From: Phaeosaccion multiseriatum
Lineage: Eukaryota > Protista > Ochrophyta, other classes
Direction of reading: 5' to 3'
NCBI GenBank assembly: GCA_965112735.1
Contig: OZ218952.1
Coordinates: 868,001 to 932,000, forward strand
Length of the DNA: 64,000 nt
Below the pieces are notes generated by a model. That model had not been told where the DNA came from and did no database searches. It saw only the letters and a list, made by a program, of their open reading frames with translations. Positions 40,929 to 53,612 of this stretch are shown here, piece after piece. Each line of letters starts with the position of its first letter. Position 1 is the stretch's first letter. The translations under genes were made by a program, and so were the position numbers.

Positions 40929-43900
40929 ATGGAGGGGACTACTCCGTCAGCGGCAGGGGCCAGAAGAAAGGCGAAGGTGGCCTCAAGGCCTGGCTTGAAA
41001 GGACCTGCGCAAGCACCATCCACGCCGGTTCTCGAAAAGACGGGAGGAGCCCCTGCCGGGGATGAGAAGCGCCAGCAGGGGGAAGGTGCAGTGACGAGAC
41101 AGGACGAGGAGCACACGGTCTTCTCGGGGTCTTCCCTGATACCCTCTGCCCTGCTACCCGATCTGAGCGAATGGGGCGGAGTAGCGCACATCAAAGTGGT
41201 CGCGACACGCGATGAAGACGCCGTAACTTTCTACGCGGTACACGTCAAGACCACGAGCAGCGGGGGCTGGACGCTGCTCAAGAGATACAGGTGGGCAAGC
41301 TCTCTTGATACGGAACAGAGGCAGGTGGAATGAGGGGCGCTAAAGTACCCTCCGGGGGGGCGGGACTGGCGGGGCCAAGGCGGAGAAAGGGGTGGGGAGA
41401 AAGCCCCCACGTGAAAGCCTCCCTCCATGGCCCACTTCCTCTCCTCTCCTTCTCCTCTTCTCCCCCCCCCCCCCTGCTACGTGTATCCCATAATGTTTTT
41501 TCGGTCCTCATCCTGCTAATCCCGCCCTTCTCTCTTGTCCTTACCAACCTGTTACCTACCACCGCAGCCACTTTCAACAGCTCTACCACGCCTTACGAGC
41601 CACAAGGGGCGAGTATCTGGACGGCTTTCGCTTCCCTGGCTTGAACGTGTTGGGCAAATTGTCCCCTGAATCCCTAAAGCAGGTACAGAAAGAAACGGAA
41701 GCTGAGGCAGGAGGAAGAGGAGGCAAATGATAAGACCCGCCCCCTGTCTTGTGTGTCTATTCAGCGTTGTTCTTGACGTCTCTTCGCCTCTCCTGTCCTC
41801 CCGTCCCTCTCTCCTCTCCTCCCGCCCTGCCTTCCCGCCATCAACTTTACTCCTTCCCACACCCACAACCCCATGCGCCCCCCTTTCTTCTCTCGTCTCC
41901 TCTTCACTCCTCCTCCTCCTCCTCCTCCTCCTCTCCCCTCTCCGCCCTCCATCTATCTCCCTTCCCGCATTGGTGCTTCAGGAGCGCATGGCGAGCTTCC
42001 AGGACCTGATGAACAGGATTGTGGAGAATTTGGATTTCACGACGGGAATCCCTCGAGCCCTGCCCGTGTTCCTCCAGGTCAGTACATATTCCAGTGAGTT
42101 GAGCGAGGGAGGGAGTAAGGGAGTGAGTGAGTGAATGAATGAATGAGTGAGCTCCCCATACCCCATACCCCATACCCCACCCACCCACCGTAGTCTTCTC
42201 GTTTTAGCCCCCATACACCCCCCGCGCTTCACCACCCATTCATTCTCGTGGTGTGTGGGAGGGTGTAGGGCGGAGGGAAGGGAAAGGGGCCGACCTCAGC
42301 ATTGGTGGTCTCATTGGTAAAGACGCGGCAGGACCCCCTTCCTTGTGCTCTCTCTCTCTCTCTCTCGTTTCCGCCCCGCCATGTATGTGTATGTTGCAAT
42401 GAACCCAAAATCCCCTCCTCTTAACCCCCTCTCCCTCCACCCTTCTTCCCTTCTTGTCCCCCCTCTTCCCTCAACCGAAACCAGTCCAACTTGGAGAAAG
42501 TGGATGATGATACATTTGGTGATACATTTGGTGCCCCCGCCCCCTCCCCCTTGCCTCGCACCTTCAGCACCATGAGCGACATCAGCATCTTCAGCGTCCC
42601 CAGCAGCGCCGGTAGCCGTAGCCTTGGTCGTACTGTTGGATCTTCTTCTTCTGCTGCTGCTGCTTCCCATCCCGCCCCGGAAACCGCCCTGAACACTCCA
42701 GCCGGGGCAGCCCCAACCCCGGCACTTGGTGATACAGCAGTAGTAGTCGTCAAGTTCTCGGCGGTGCACGCTGTGGCCGCTCTGCCTCTGCTAGCCCAGT
42801 GGTGCGGTATGGACGTGTCCTCCGTCCTCTTCTCTCTCCTCTCTGAGCAATCCTCCGACCCCTCCTCCTCTGCGATGGTACAAGAGGAGGCCGACACCCC
42901 CGTCGCCGTCGTCGGAAAGCGAAACGGCGGTGGTTTCCGAGCGAGACTGTTTGGAAGAGGCGGCGCCGCTGGAGCAAAGGCAGCCGCGGAGGCAGCGGAG
43001 GCAGCGGCGGCGGCGCTGCAGTCTGCCCTGACCGCTCTGACCGACTTGCGACAAGAGTCGATGGAGAGGGCACAGAGGACCGCATTGGTGCATGCTACGC
43101 TCATGGAGGCTTCCCTTGCCGTGATGGGCTTCGTGCTCATGTGGCAGGCGGAGTGGGTGCCGCTGCGCACCTATGTCCGGCTGCAGGTGAGGAGGGAGGG
43201 AGGGAGGGAGGAGGAGGAGGAGGGTGGGAGTGAGGAAGGCAGGGGGAGGGGGTGGTGTGGGGGCGTTGAAAGACAGTTGTCACTCTCTACGTATGCGAAT
43301 GTGTGCGTGTTGGTTGTTCACGGGCTTCCCTTCCCCTCCATCGCTGGGTTAGTAGTGTAGCGAGGGCAAGGGACTGACGGTGGAGTTGTCTCAACTTAAC
43401 TGTAGAGTGTCTCGACTCAATGCGATGGGTACGTGGTGTGCATCCACCTCCTCATCCGGCGGGGTGATGACCTTACGGGTTGACCTTACAACAGCACCCA
43501 CATGCTTGTATCACCAGCAGCAGGCACGCGCACCCGCTCTGCCCTCTCCAATCGCCTCTCCTCTTGGAGTTCATTTCATCTTCATTAGGCTCCACAAGCA
43601 CTCACGCTTCTTCCTTATTCCCCAATCCCCCCTTTAACCTTGTCTCTCCGTCCGTTCTTCTGTACCCCCCGGCGCATGTAAGGCTGTGGCCTCCCTCACC
43701 TCCGTGCTCGTGGGCGTGTCCGAGTGGAGCTCTGGACAGGAGCAGCAGCAGCAGTTGGTGCTACAGCAGCAGCAGTCGGTCACACCGGACGGTCCCAGCG
43801 CGAGCCTCTTGCTCTGCTGCTTGTGGAAGATGGTGGTCATGCTGCTGGCGGTGGCCGCGTTTGACACCATCTTTGCCAAGGCCAAGGTGAGTGGTGTTTG

Positions 43901-44480
43901 ACATGTGGAGAGAGAGAGAGGAGGAGGAGGGGGGGGGGGGGGTGCGCTTGCTGGCGTTGTGCATGGTGGTGTACTCTCGACACCACCACCCAACCCTGTT
44001 GCCTTGATTGGCCTTGATCAATCGGGCTCTCTAGGGAAGGTCCTTTCTCCTTGCTACACGGCTAATCCTCGTTCCGTCCTTCCTTCTCCCGCTTCCTCCT
44101 CCCTCGCATTTGGCCCCCCACTTGTCTACCCTCCACAGACGGGCATTTGGTCCATGTGCTCGGCCGCCGTACAGCAGCAACAACAGCAGCAGCTCCAAGA
44201 GGAGGAGGATGCTGACAACGACGACGAGGAGGAGGCGATCATCGTCGTCGAAGAGGAGGGGGAGGAGGACGGCGAGGAGGAGGGGACTCCCTCTGCCCCC
44301 CTGGACATTCTTGCCTCCGTCACTGCAGCCAGTCGGGAGGACGTCATGGGATTCCTCAAGACCACAGGCTCAGCAGGCATGGCGGGTGGTGACCTCGTCT
44401 CGCCTCGACCAGGCACTGTCACGGCCTCTGTCACACCCCAGCCCAGCCCGGATCCGCAAGGCGCTGGCCCTATGTACTGA
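40929..44480 (+). CDS. PX (phox homology) domain protein with C-terminal hydrophobic/TM segments, about 6 exons
   Basis: VTFYAVHV..GWTLLKRY|SHFQQLYHALR..FRFPG..|ERMASFQDLMNRIV..LPVFL is a PX fold pattern. Later exons encode hydrophobic helices (ASLAVMGFVLMW, LLLCCLWKMVVMLLAVAAF). The stop is TGA at 44480. Confidence 0.75.
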
Positions 44481-45372
44481 TGAGATGAGAGCCTGAGACG
44501 CTGGTCCCTTGTACTGATGAGACCCAAGGGACCGAGAGGGAGTAAGGCCTGGTCAACTTGGAGTGAGGGGACTTAAGGGAGGAAGAGAGTGAGAGGAACT
44601 GAGGGACGTAAGTTACTGAGTTAATAGGTAGGTTTACGGAGGGAGAGAGACCTGCAGAGGTGAACATCTTCGGGCCTTCGACCTTGGACACATGACTTTC
44701 TCTCTTTGTAGTGTATTCTTATCGCATGTGTTATCCGTCCGCGTCGGTGCGTATGCCTGTTGCGCTTTCTGTTGGAGAGAAGAGAGGGGGAGAGAGTGTA
44801 CGTGTAACTGTAGGGAGCCAAGAGCGCTTTGTAGTCTATAAGGTGTCTGTTCTGTTCTCTACTTTTGTTGGAGAGAAGGAGAGGACAGGACAAGTAAAGT
44901 AGTATGGGTGTTTGTGTGTGTTCAGTATTATTAAGTATGTAGTGTGTGTGTTTGTGTTTGTACGTGAGAGAGAGAGGGAGAATGGAGGTTAGTAGTGTCG
45001 AAAATAGTTTCCCGATTATCATATTATTATCCTATTCCCCCCAAAGACAGGGTGTCATGCTACTGTAGCCTCCGATTCATGTATTTACTGGTACAATACA
45101 CACATGGGGAGTGGGTGGTGGTCAGGGGCGGCGATTGCGGCGGGGGTGATTTCAAATTTCAATGTCGAAAACTTGCAAATGGCGACGATGAGAGTACCAA
45201 CCATATGTGGTGTTCGCCGCCGTGTTCAGTTTTTGGCAGGGGTGGGCTGGGCTCCCTTAGCGTGTGGATGGGTCTTTGCTGCGCAGTGGCAACCCGGAAA
45301 GTCAAGTAGACTCGTCACGTGTCGAAGAATCACAGTCTTCAGCATTATCCACTACCTGCGTGACACGGAAGC

Positions 45373-47820
45373 ATGAACACGTGGGTGCTCATGCTTTTGC
45401 TGCTGACGGTACTGACCCAAGCCTATCATGGGCTGGCCTTCTGTCCAGGCGGACCGGCACTGGCGTCGTGCGTCAGCGGAATATATTCCACCACAGCGGA
45501 ATCTCCCAGGAGGACCATGAAGTGGCAATGTAAGAGAAGCATTAGCATTGTGGGGGGAAGGGAAGGGAGGGCCTGTTTCTTTTCGGGATCTTGAGATATG
45601 TCTCCCCCAAGCCCCCCCTTCTCTCTCTCTGTTCCTGTCTGCCTTGAGTCCCCATTTTGTACCTACCCCACGCCGTCTTACTGCTTGTGTTACTGTCTTT
45701 GGGGTGGGTGGTGTTCGGTGGTGGTGACTGTGTGGTCTTCCCCTCGTCCAACTTGTTGCCCTGTGTCTCCTGGTCCCTCTCTCCCTCTGCCTCTATTCCT
45801 CTCCGTGTATGTCTTGCTCTCTCTCTCCTTCAGTCTCTGCTCCTCTCTGCCTCCCTCAGAGGCTCTCAGTCGACGTGTTCGCTGCCGTTGTCGCGTTCCC
45901 TTCCCTGTCGGCCTTGAATTCCCATCCTATGCTTACCTGCTCGCACACCCTGTGACACACACACGTGTCCTTGTCATATGCCTTGCGCTCTCCAGACCGC
46001 TCTCCGGCCTGCTTTCCTGCTGGGTTTGGTACGGCAACGCAGGGCCCGGGCGCTGCCACGAGCTGTGGCGAACAATCAACTCGTCGGATGTCATCTTCTC
46101 TGCTATACATGGCAGCCCAGGAGGAAGATAGTGGAGAAGTTGAACCTATCACAATCGACTACGTCGACGTTGATAGGCCTTCAAGGCGATGGGAAGGTAC
46201 GAGCGATGGTGGGATGTGGAGGAGGAAGGAAGAGTACTTGCTCAGGGTACTTGCTAACTCACTCACGTCGGGTTGGCCGTTCATTGTTGCTACTGCATCT
46301 ATCATCATCCATCAGGCACGCAGCGGCTGCCTCGCATCAACCATATCGCCTACTTTAAGACTCTGAAGAAGTACGCGGCGGAGGACCCAGTTGATAACAC
46401 CCTGTTGGTGTGGGGCCGAAAGTCGGTGGGCAAGACCCGCACCATGCAGAGGGCCATCGCAGAGTGGAGAGCGGAAGGGAGGATGGTGGTGGAGATTGAC
46501 CTCAAAGGGGTGCAGATTGACTTGGAGAAGCTTCCCGCGATGTTGTGGACGGAGTTTTTTAAAGAGGACCAGAGAGTGGGTGGAGACGTAAACAATGCGT
46601 TGAAGGAAACCATTCCCTTCATGCTCGACTGGGCGAATATGCTCAAGAATAAGAAGACGAAGGCGGCGTTGGAGAAAGTGACGTGTTCGGTATCCTTGGC
46701 GACAGACACCGTGGAGCAAGCGGTGGGTCTCGGTGATTCGTCGGCCGTTGCCGAGGCTGCAGCAGGGGGTATATTGAAGGTGCTGGGGAACGCGCCAGGG
46801 GTCACCCCTTACACCAAGCTGGTGGAGGAGTTGGAGAGAAGGGCACAGAAGAAGGGCAATAAGCCCCCCGTGCTCGTCATAAGGGAAGTGCAGAAGCTTG
46901 TCACGCCGGAGGACGGCATGGAGACTGGCAAAGGTCAGGCTGTGTTTGACGCTCTCTTTTCTGCTTTCGAGAAACACAAGAAGCAGGGTACCTCGAGACT
47001 TCCGGTGATTGTGGAGAGCTCCGAGTACCTCTGGAGTAACCTCCAAGCGTATGTAAAGTCTTCGCCGCAGTCGTTTCAAGCCGAAGAGGTGACCCTGTGG
47101 TCCAAGGAGGAGGCGCGCCGGGAGCTGGTGCGAGCCACAGAACGTATCGGTACAGGCGGCAGTAAGCGCATCGAATTCTTTACGGACCGTGAGTTTGAGC
47201 AGCTGTGGGATGCGGTGGGGGGCCACGCAGGAGAGATCTTTGACGTCCACTCCAGGCTGCGCAAGGGCAAGACTCTGGAGGAGGCCCTGGAAGCCAAACG
47301 GAGCGCGACGGCGGGCATGCTCACCTCAATCTTGAGGGCACCACAAGGGGAAGACTTTACCACCTTCCTTGCGGTGGAGTCTGCCAACAGATTCCAAGCT
47401 CGGCTTGCTGCGGAGGACTGCCGCCGGGGCGTGCTGGAGAAGCTCCGTGGGTCTCCTTTGCGGTTGTTGCGCTCTGACGTGAGGGAACAGATTGACGCAT
47501 GTAGTCTCGATTATCTGCTCCAGAGCAATGTGCTGTGGGAGGATGAGGAGGGCGAGATTATTGCGCCGATGCACCGAGGGTATGAACTAGCCATCAAAGC
47601 AAAGCAAGGCAGAGTAGAGCCAAGACACACAGCAGAGGAAGGAGCAGAGTGGGTGGAGGAGGTAGAGCAGCAGCCCATGAAGGAAGAAGAACAAGAAGGA
47701 GGAGGAGGAGGAGGAGGAGGAGGAGTGGAGATACCGGGGGGGAGGGAGGTGATCTACGAAGTTCCAATTGGTAAGCAGCAAGAGCCGTTTGGGATGGGTA
47801 GTACCATCCCATTGGCGTAG
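45373..47820 (+). CDS. P-loop NTPase (archaeal ATPase_2 / AAA_16, STAND-like) with an N-terminal signal-like peptide; 5' exons uncertain
   Basis: The large last exon 46317-47820 has Walker A LLVWGRKSVGKT, Walker B-like PVLVIREVQ, VIVESSE and LWDAVGGHAGEI. Upstream are an exon at about 45996-46196 and a signal-like start MNTWVLMLLLLTVLTQAYHG at 45373. Confidence 0.7.
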
Positions 47821-48260
47821 CTTTGCTTCTCGCTGTTGTTGTTGTTGTTGTTGTTGCTTTGGAAGTGTGGCAAGGTGTCTCTCAGTGAGCCACACGTCGT
47901 CCGCAGCATCCACGGTGTAATATATAGGAATGAATTGAAATCGAGGTTTTCAATTGCCATTTGTTACTGTGTCCGTTGTCGGTCAGCAAGTGAGTGGCTG
48001 AGCTAAACCACTGCACTACATGACATGAGACTGGCGAGTCGAGTAAAGTCCAATACCAGTCCAGTGCCAGTCCAGTACCAGTCCAGTACCAGTCCAGAAT
48101 AGCACCTGGGGGGGGGTTAGAAGCGCTCAGTCATCCGCCCCCAGAGGGGCATTCATCTCATCCCTGAGGGCTGAGGGGAGCATCATTAGGGGCAATCGAA
48201 GATGACTAGGGGTCTAATAAACTGAAACTGAAACTGACACTGAAACTGTATCAGAAAGGC

Positions 48261-48411
48261 TCAGAAGCGCTCATTCATCCTCCGTGAGACATTTCGCATT
48301 TGATTGTACACTTTTCCCGGGGGGGCACCCATGATGAGCGCACAGCACGCGTCTCTCGCCACCTGTGAGTGGGCAGGAGAGACACAGAGAGAGAGCGAGA
48401 GCGAGAGCGAG

Positions 48412-48473
<62 letters not shown>

Positions 48474-49057
48474 TGAGTTGAGGTGAAGGTCCGTCCGTGT
48501 GCGGTAGGTAGGTCAACAAACAGGGCTGGTGTAGCTGTAGGTGCAAATACATACACCCACACACACACACAACACTCACACAACACCCATAAACACCCAC
48601 CCAAACACCCACCCATCCACCCACCCACTCACCCATCCTCCCACTCAGAACCCAATCACCTCCACCCACCCACCCACCCACCCACTCCCTCCACCCACAC
48701 GCACCCACCCCACCCACCAACCCAACACCACTTACCTTGATGTTGGTGAATGAGCCCAGGATGTGTATCCGCTGGTCGGCGACGACGATACGCGTGCGAG
48801 TGGCGTTCTCAATGGCGTGGCGCGTCTTGCCGTCCTGCCCGGCCAAGCGACCAATGGCGCGACTCAGATGATCCCCCTGCAACACCTGCTTGACATCCTT
48901 CACCTCGAAGCTGTCTACGAACAGGTCCTCTAGCCGGAGCAACGCCTGATTGGTAGGCGAGTAGCAAGTTAATGGATCGGTGGGTGGGTGGGTGGGTGGG
49001 TGGGTTGGATAGGTGGTTGGGTGGTTGGGTGGGTGGGTGGATGGTGCAGAAGGACCC

Positions 49058-49105
<48 letters not shown>

Positions 49106-50060
49106 GAGGAGGAGCAGGGAGGGTCGTCCCTCCCCACCCCCCCCGTCTCCCTCCCCCTCTCCCTCCTCCCTCCCTCCCCACTCACTCACCACTGCGTCCT
49201 GGATCTCGAAGCCGAGCATGAAAGCCTGAACGAAGTCGCAAGCTTTCTGAAGGGAGCTCGCCTCTTCTGTGGCGTCGCCGGTCTTAATCTCCACATTGCG
49301 CGTCTATGGCAAGGGAGAGAAGGATGGGGGGGGGGGGGTAGGCGGTAAGGGATTATCTTCTCCCTCACTTCTGCCTATGTCTGTATGTTTGCATGCCCCT
49401 CTCGCTTTCTCCCATCCCTTCGCTCTGTCTCTCTCTCTCTCTCTCTCCCATTTAGTGTCTCCAGATGATATCTCTCTATTTAACTTCTTCTGCATCACCC
49501 ACCTTGGGGTTGAATCTGATTTGAAGCTTCAAGTACTGCACGATGGGAGTCACAATGTTTTCCCACTCTTTGCGCAGGGGGGTGAGGCGGTGAGGAGGGC
49601 ACCGTATCCGGCGATAGTCAGGCTTACCACCCTGTGGAGGAGAGAGAGAGAAGAGACGGGGGGGGAGGGGCGGCTTGCATCAGAAGCAACGGAGACAGAG
49701 GCAACACTGCTGTCGTCTACGGAGCACTGCTCTTCGGTCCCTGACTTGCTCAGCTACCGCAATCTGGTGATCCGACCGACAAATAGGCTTGCAAAGGCTA
49801 AGCCGCCATACATCATACGCGACAGAACCGTGTGCCTCTCGAGTCATTTTCCCTTCTTTCCCTCCGTCTCCGCCCCCCACTCGTACCTTCATCTCCTCCG
49901 CGGAAAGGGCAGGAAAATTGGGTTTGCTGGGGCCTGCCGCTTCAGCCCCATCTCCTCCCTGCCCTCCCTCGTCGCCCATCGCATCCTCGTCTTCTACACT
50001 GTGCTGCATGCCTACCTCCACCTCTGCCGCCTGGAATGTGTGTCCATCGTCAACCTCCAT
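48261..50060 (-). CDS. PNO1: Pre-rRNA-processing KH-domain protein PNO1/Dim2, 5 exons
   Basis: Motifs [109 protein letters not shown] and [22 protein letters not shown]. Confidence 0.95.
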
Positions 50061-50395
50061 GCTTCCTCCAGGTGGTCAAGATCAATACCAACCAAAGGGT
50101 CTGTCTTTTCCCCTCTCAATCTCCGTCCCTTCACCTATTGTCGCTACTACTACGGACCAGCTTAGCTCTGTGGGAGGAAGGGGGGGGGGGGAATTGATCG
50201 AGGGAGAGGATTTCTCACTCTCTTTCAAAGCCAGTCGCCTCTACTAAGAGCTTTCAACTACAGAGCTTGCTTCCTTAGAGGACGGAAAAAAGGTGGCAAA
50301 GAAAGGTCTGAGCCAGAGCCGCAAAAAAATCATTAACTTATTGCATCCGCCTCAAACCTCTCTCTCCCTCTGGAATGGAGAGAGACAAAACACAT

Positions 50396-50427
<32 letters not shown>

Positions 50428-50521
50428 GACGACAAGCCCTACGACTGAATCATTGAAATTAGAGATTTTCTGTCAAGCATGCCAAGGAATGCATGAAATG
50501 AAAGAAACAAGCAAGCAAGCC

Positions 50522-53500
50522 TCAGTCAGGGGACAGGGGAGAGTCTCGGCCTGGACCATCACTCTTCCCTCTCTTCCCCTCTCCCTTGCCCTCCTTCTCC
50601 CCCCCCTCCTCCTCCTCCTCCTCCTCCTCCTCCTCCTTGCCCTTGCCCTCCCCCCCCTCCTCCTCCCCCTCCCCTGCCATCCTCCTCCTCCTCCTGAACT
50701 GCGTCACCCCCTCGTCGTCGCCCCTTAGCGGCAGGGGCAAAGTGTCTCCCTGTGTGTGCGTGCGTCTCAGTGTGGTCATGGCCCTTCCAAACATATCTCC
50801 AGCGTCTCGAGCTCGTGCGAGGCCCCCATTCACGACAACTACAGCACTCCCACCACTACCACTACCACCACCACCACCACTCGTCCTGGCTGCCGCACCA
50901 GCAGCCGCCTCACCGCCTTTGCTTCCCTTTGGTGCATTCGCCTTGCTTTGCTTCTCTTCCTGCTTCGTCTCCTCCTTCTCAGGAGCAGAATCAGAGGCAG
51001 TCGTACTCACAGTAGCAGCAGCAGCAGTTGGTGATACAGCCCCCTGCCGTCCCTTGGGCAGGACGATGCACCGTCCGGCCTCTGGCAGCTCCAAGCTGTG
51101 GGGAAAGCCCTGCTTGATTGGGTCGTAGCGGAAACCCAACAGCATAGGGCCACAGCTCTGCACCACATGCCGCACCTGACACAGTGCAGTGCCGTGATAG
51201 TGGTGCAGTCCCGTGATGTGCAGTGTGTTTGTGATGTACTGTGAGTATGAGGTTTAGTTTAGAGTGCTTGGCGGCAAGGAGGTGTCCGAGAGTGGGGTAC
51301 CACTGTGCAAAAGCTCTTCATTCTCTCCCTCCCTCCCCTTCTCTCCCTTCCTCTCCCTTCCTCTCCATTTTTCCCTCCTTTCCTCCCTCCCCTCCCCTCC
51401 CTCCCTCCCTCCCTCCCCTCCCCTCCCTCCCCTCCCCTCCCTCCCTCCCTCCCTCCCTTCCTCCCTCCCTTCCTCTACAGTGAATCACCACACCCCTTAC
51501 CTGGGCGTCAGAGAAGTGCCGCAGTCCGGACCCCACCTTGCCCGAGCGGGGAGTGTAGGGCCCCACGAGGGAATTTATCTTGCCCTCACTCCCACTCTTG
51601 CTCTTGCTCTCGCTGCCCTCACTCCCACTCTTGCTCTTGCTCTCGCTGCCCTCACTCCCACTCTTGCTCTTGCTCTCGCTGCCCTCACTCCCACTCTTGC
51701 TCTTGCTCTCGCTGCCCTCACTCCCACTCTTGCTCTTGCTCTCGCTGCCCTCAATCCCACTCTTGCTCTTGCTCTCGCTGCCCTCACTCCCACTCTTGCT
51801 CTCGCTCTCGCTCTTACTCTCGTTGTTGACCCCGTCATCATGTTTGCTGTCTCCTCCTCCTCCTCCTCCTCCTCCTCCTCCTCCTCCTCCTCCTCCTCCT
51901 CCTCCTCCTCCTCCTTTTTCTTCTCCTTTGTCAGTGGTGCTGGCTGGGGCAGATGCCGTACCTGGAGAAGAGGCACTGATCGCCGGACTTGAGGCGTTGG
52001 TGGCACTGGCTGCTGCGTCAACCTGGGCCTTGCACTGTAGGAGGCGTTCGAGCTGGGCAGAGGGGGGGGAGGAGGAGGACCCCGCCAGGAAGGAGAGCAC
52101 GCGACCGAGCACTTCCTGAGAGGGGGGTCAGAGGAGAGAAAGGGGCAGAGAGAGGGGAGAGAGGGAGAGAGAGGGAGAGACGGAGAGAGAAAGAGGCAGA
52201 GAGAGAGAGAGAGAGAGAGAGATTGTCAGGGGAGAGAGAGAGAGAGACCGACGGACAAGGTAGACCGCTGTGATGTAGCAGCAGCAGTAGGGAAAACACA
52301 AACTCCACAACGAGACCTCCTTCCTTCCCTCCCTCCCTCCCTCCCTCCCCAACTACGACCATCCCCTCCCCTTCTCCCCCACCCTTGCTGTCCCTCCCTC
52401 CCCTCTCCTGTCTTCCTCCCTCCCTCCCCTCCCTTCCTTCCTCTCTCCCTCCCTCCCCCTCCCCTCCCCACCGACCTGAGTGTGCATGACAAGGTCTTCG
52501 TAGCGCACTACGCACAGGGGGATGTCTGCTTTGAGCCAGTACGCATAGAAGCGTCGCCACACAGCACTCTCGTTGATGATCATTTCGTTCCACAGCTCGG
52601 AGAATTCGTCATACATGTCTTCGTGGAGGCTGAGGAGGGGATGGCAGTGGATGGGGAGCGGGAGGGGAGGGGAGGGAGAGAAACTCACTCACTCACTCTT
52701 ACATGTATAAATATACATACGTACATACATACATACATACATACATACATACATACATACATACATACATACATACATACATACATACATACATGCATGC
52801 ATACATACATATACATAAATACAGAATAGATGCATACCCTAAATGCCCTACCTACCTCTTGCTGTGCGTGTTGGTCAGGGCCATGTTAAAATACGAGTCG
52901 ATGGCGTCAAAGGGGTTGCGCACCAGCACAATGGCCCGGTCGGCGGCAAAGGTGCGGTAGCCCTTCCTCTCAGGGTAGTGCGTCTTGACGATGGCCACGC
53001 GCTCGTCTAGCACGCCCTCTCCTTGCATACCAAAGGCGATGAGACTGCGACTGAGCTTCCGTGTGGGCCTTGTGTCGCTGCCCGTGATCACTCCGGTGGC
53101 GTCCTCGAGCAGGCGGCGGAGGAGGGAGTTGCCTGATCGTGGGTAGCTGACCAGCGCCACTTGCTTGAGTTGGAGGGCCGAGTCTGCGTGGTTGTTGTCG
53201 TAGCAAGCAGCAGCAGCGTCAGGATTAAAAAAAAAAGAGTGCTCCAGAACATGGTGTATGGTGGTGGCGTGCAGCTTACTTTGTTAGAGATAGAGGGAGA
53301 GGGAGAGGGAGAGAGGGAGGGAGAGAGAGGAGAGGGAGGGAGAGGGGGAGACGTACCCTGCTCTTGTTGCACATTCCCCATAGCCGGCAGGAAGCGAAAG
53401 CAGGGCACTCCGCCCGCCCCGCTTTCTCTCAGCTGCCTCGCTGCCTCATCCTCTCCCCGCCCATCCGCGCCTCTCCCGTGCTTTCTCTCCCACAGAGTCA

Positions 53501-53612
53501 CAGCCATCACCAGGCAGTGACGAGCGGTCGAGGCAACAGCAAGGAAGGAAGCCTTGTCGAGGAAGCTGCTCACTCTCACGAAGAGTCCGTAGGGCAGACA
53601 CTCTAGAAGCAT
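50522..53612 (-). CDS. F-box-like N-terminus fused to a sulfotransferase-like (PAPS-binding P-loop) domain, about 5 exons
   Basis: The start MLLECLPYGLFVRVSSFLDKASFLAVASTARHC is F-box-like. Then come 5'-PSB LVSYPRSGNSLLRRLLE..TG..TGSD, VKTHYP, 3'-PB IVLVRNPFDAIDSYFN, VRYEDL, PY.PRSG.VG and ML..F.Y. Confidence 0.82.
51581..51812 (-). repeat. 33 bp coding tandem repeat x7 (SESKSKSGSEG)
   Basis: Unit TGCCCTCACTCCCACTCTTGCTCTTGCTCTCGC lies within the exon at about 52115-51501. Confidence 0.9.

Noticed and set aside
44499-44545. Hammerhead ribozyme suggested by CTGATGAG
   Set aside because: There is no properly placed GAAA (GAGA instead), stem II is imperfect, and the motif comes from the duplicated stop-codon region.
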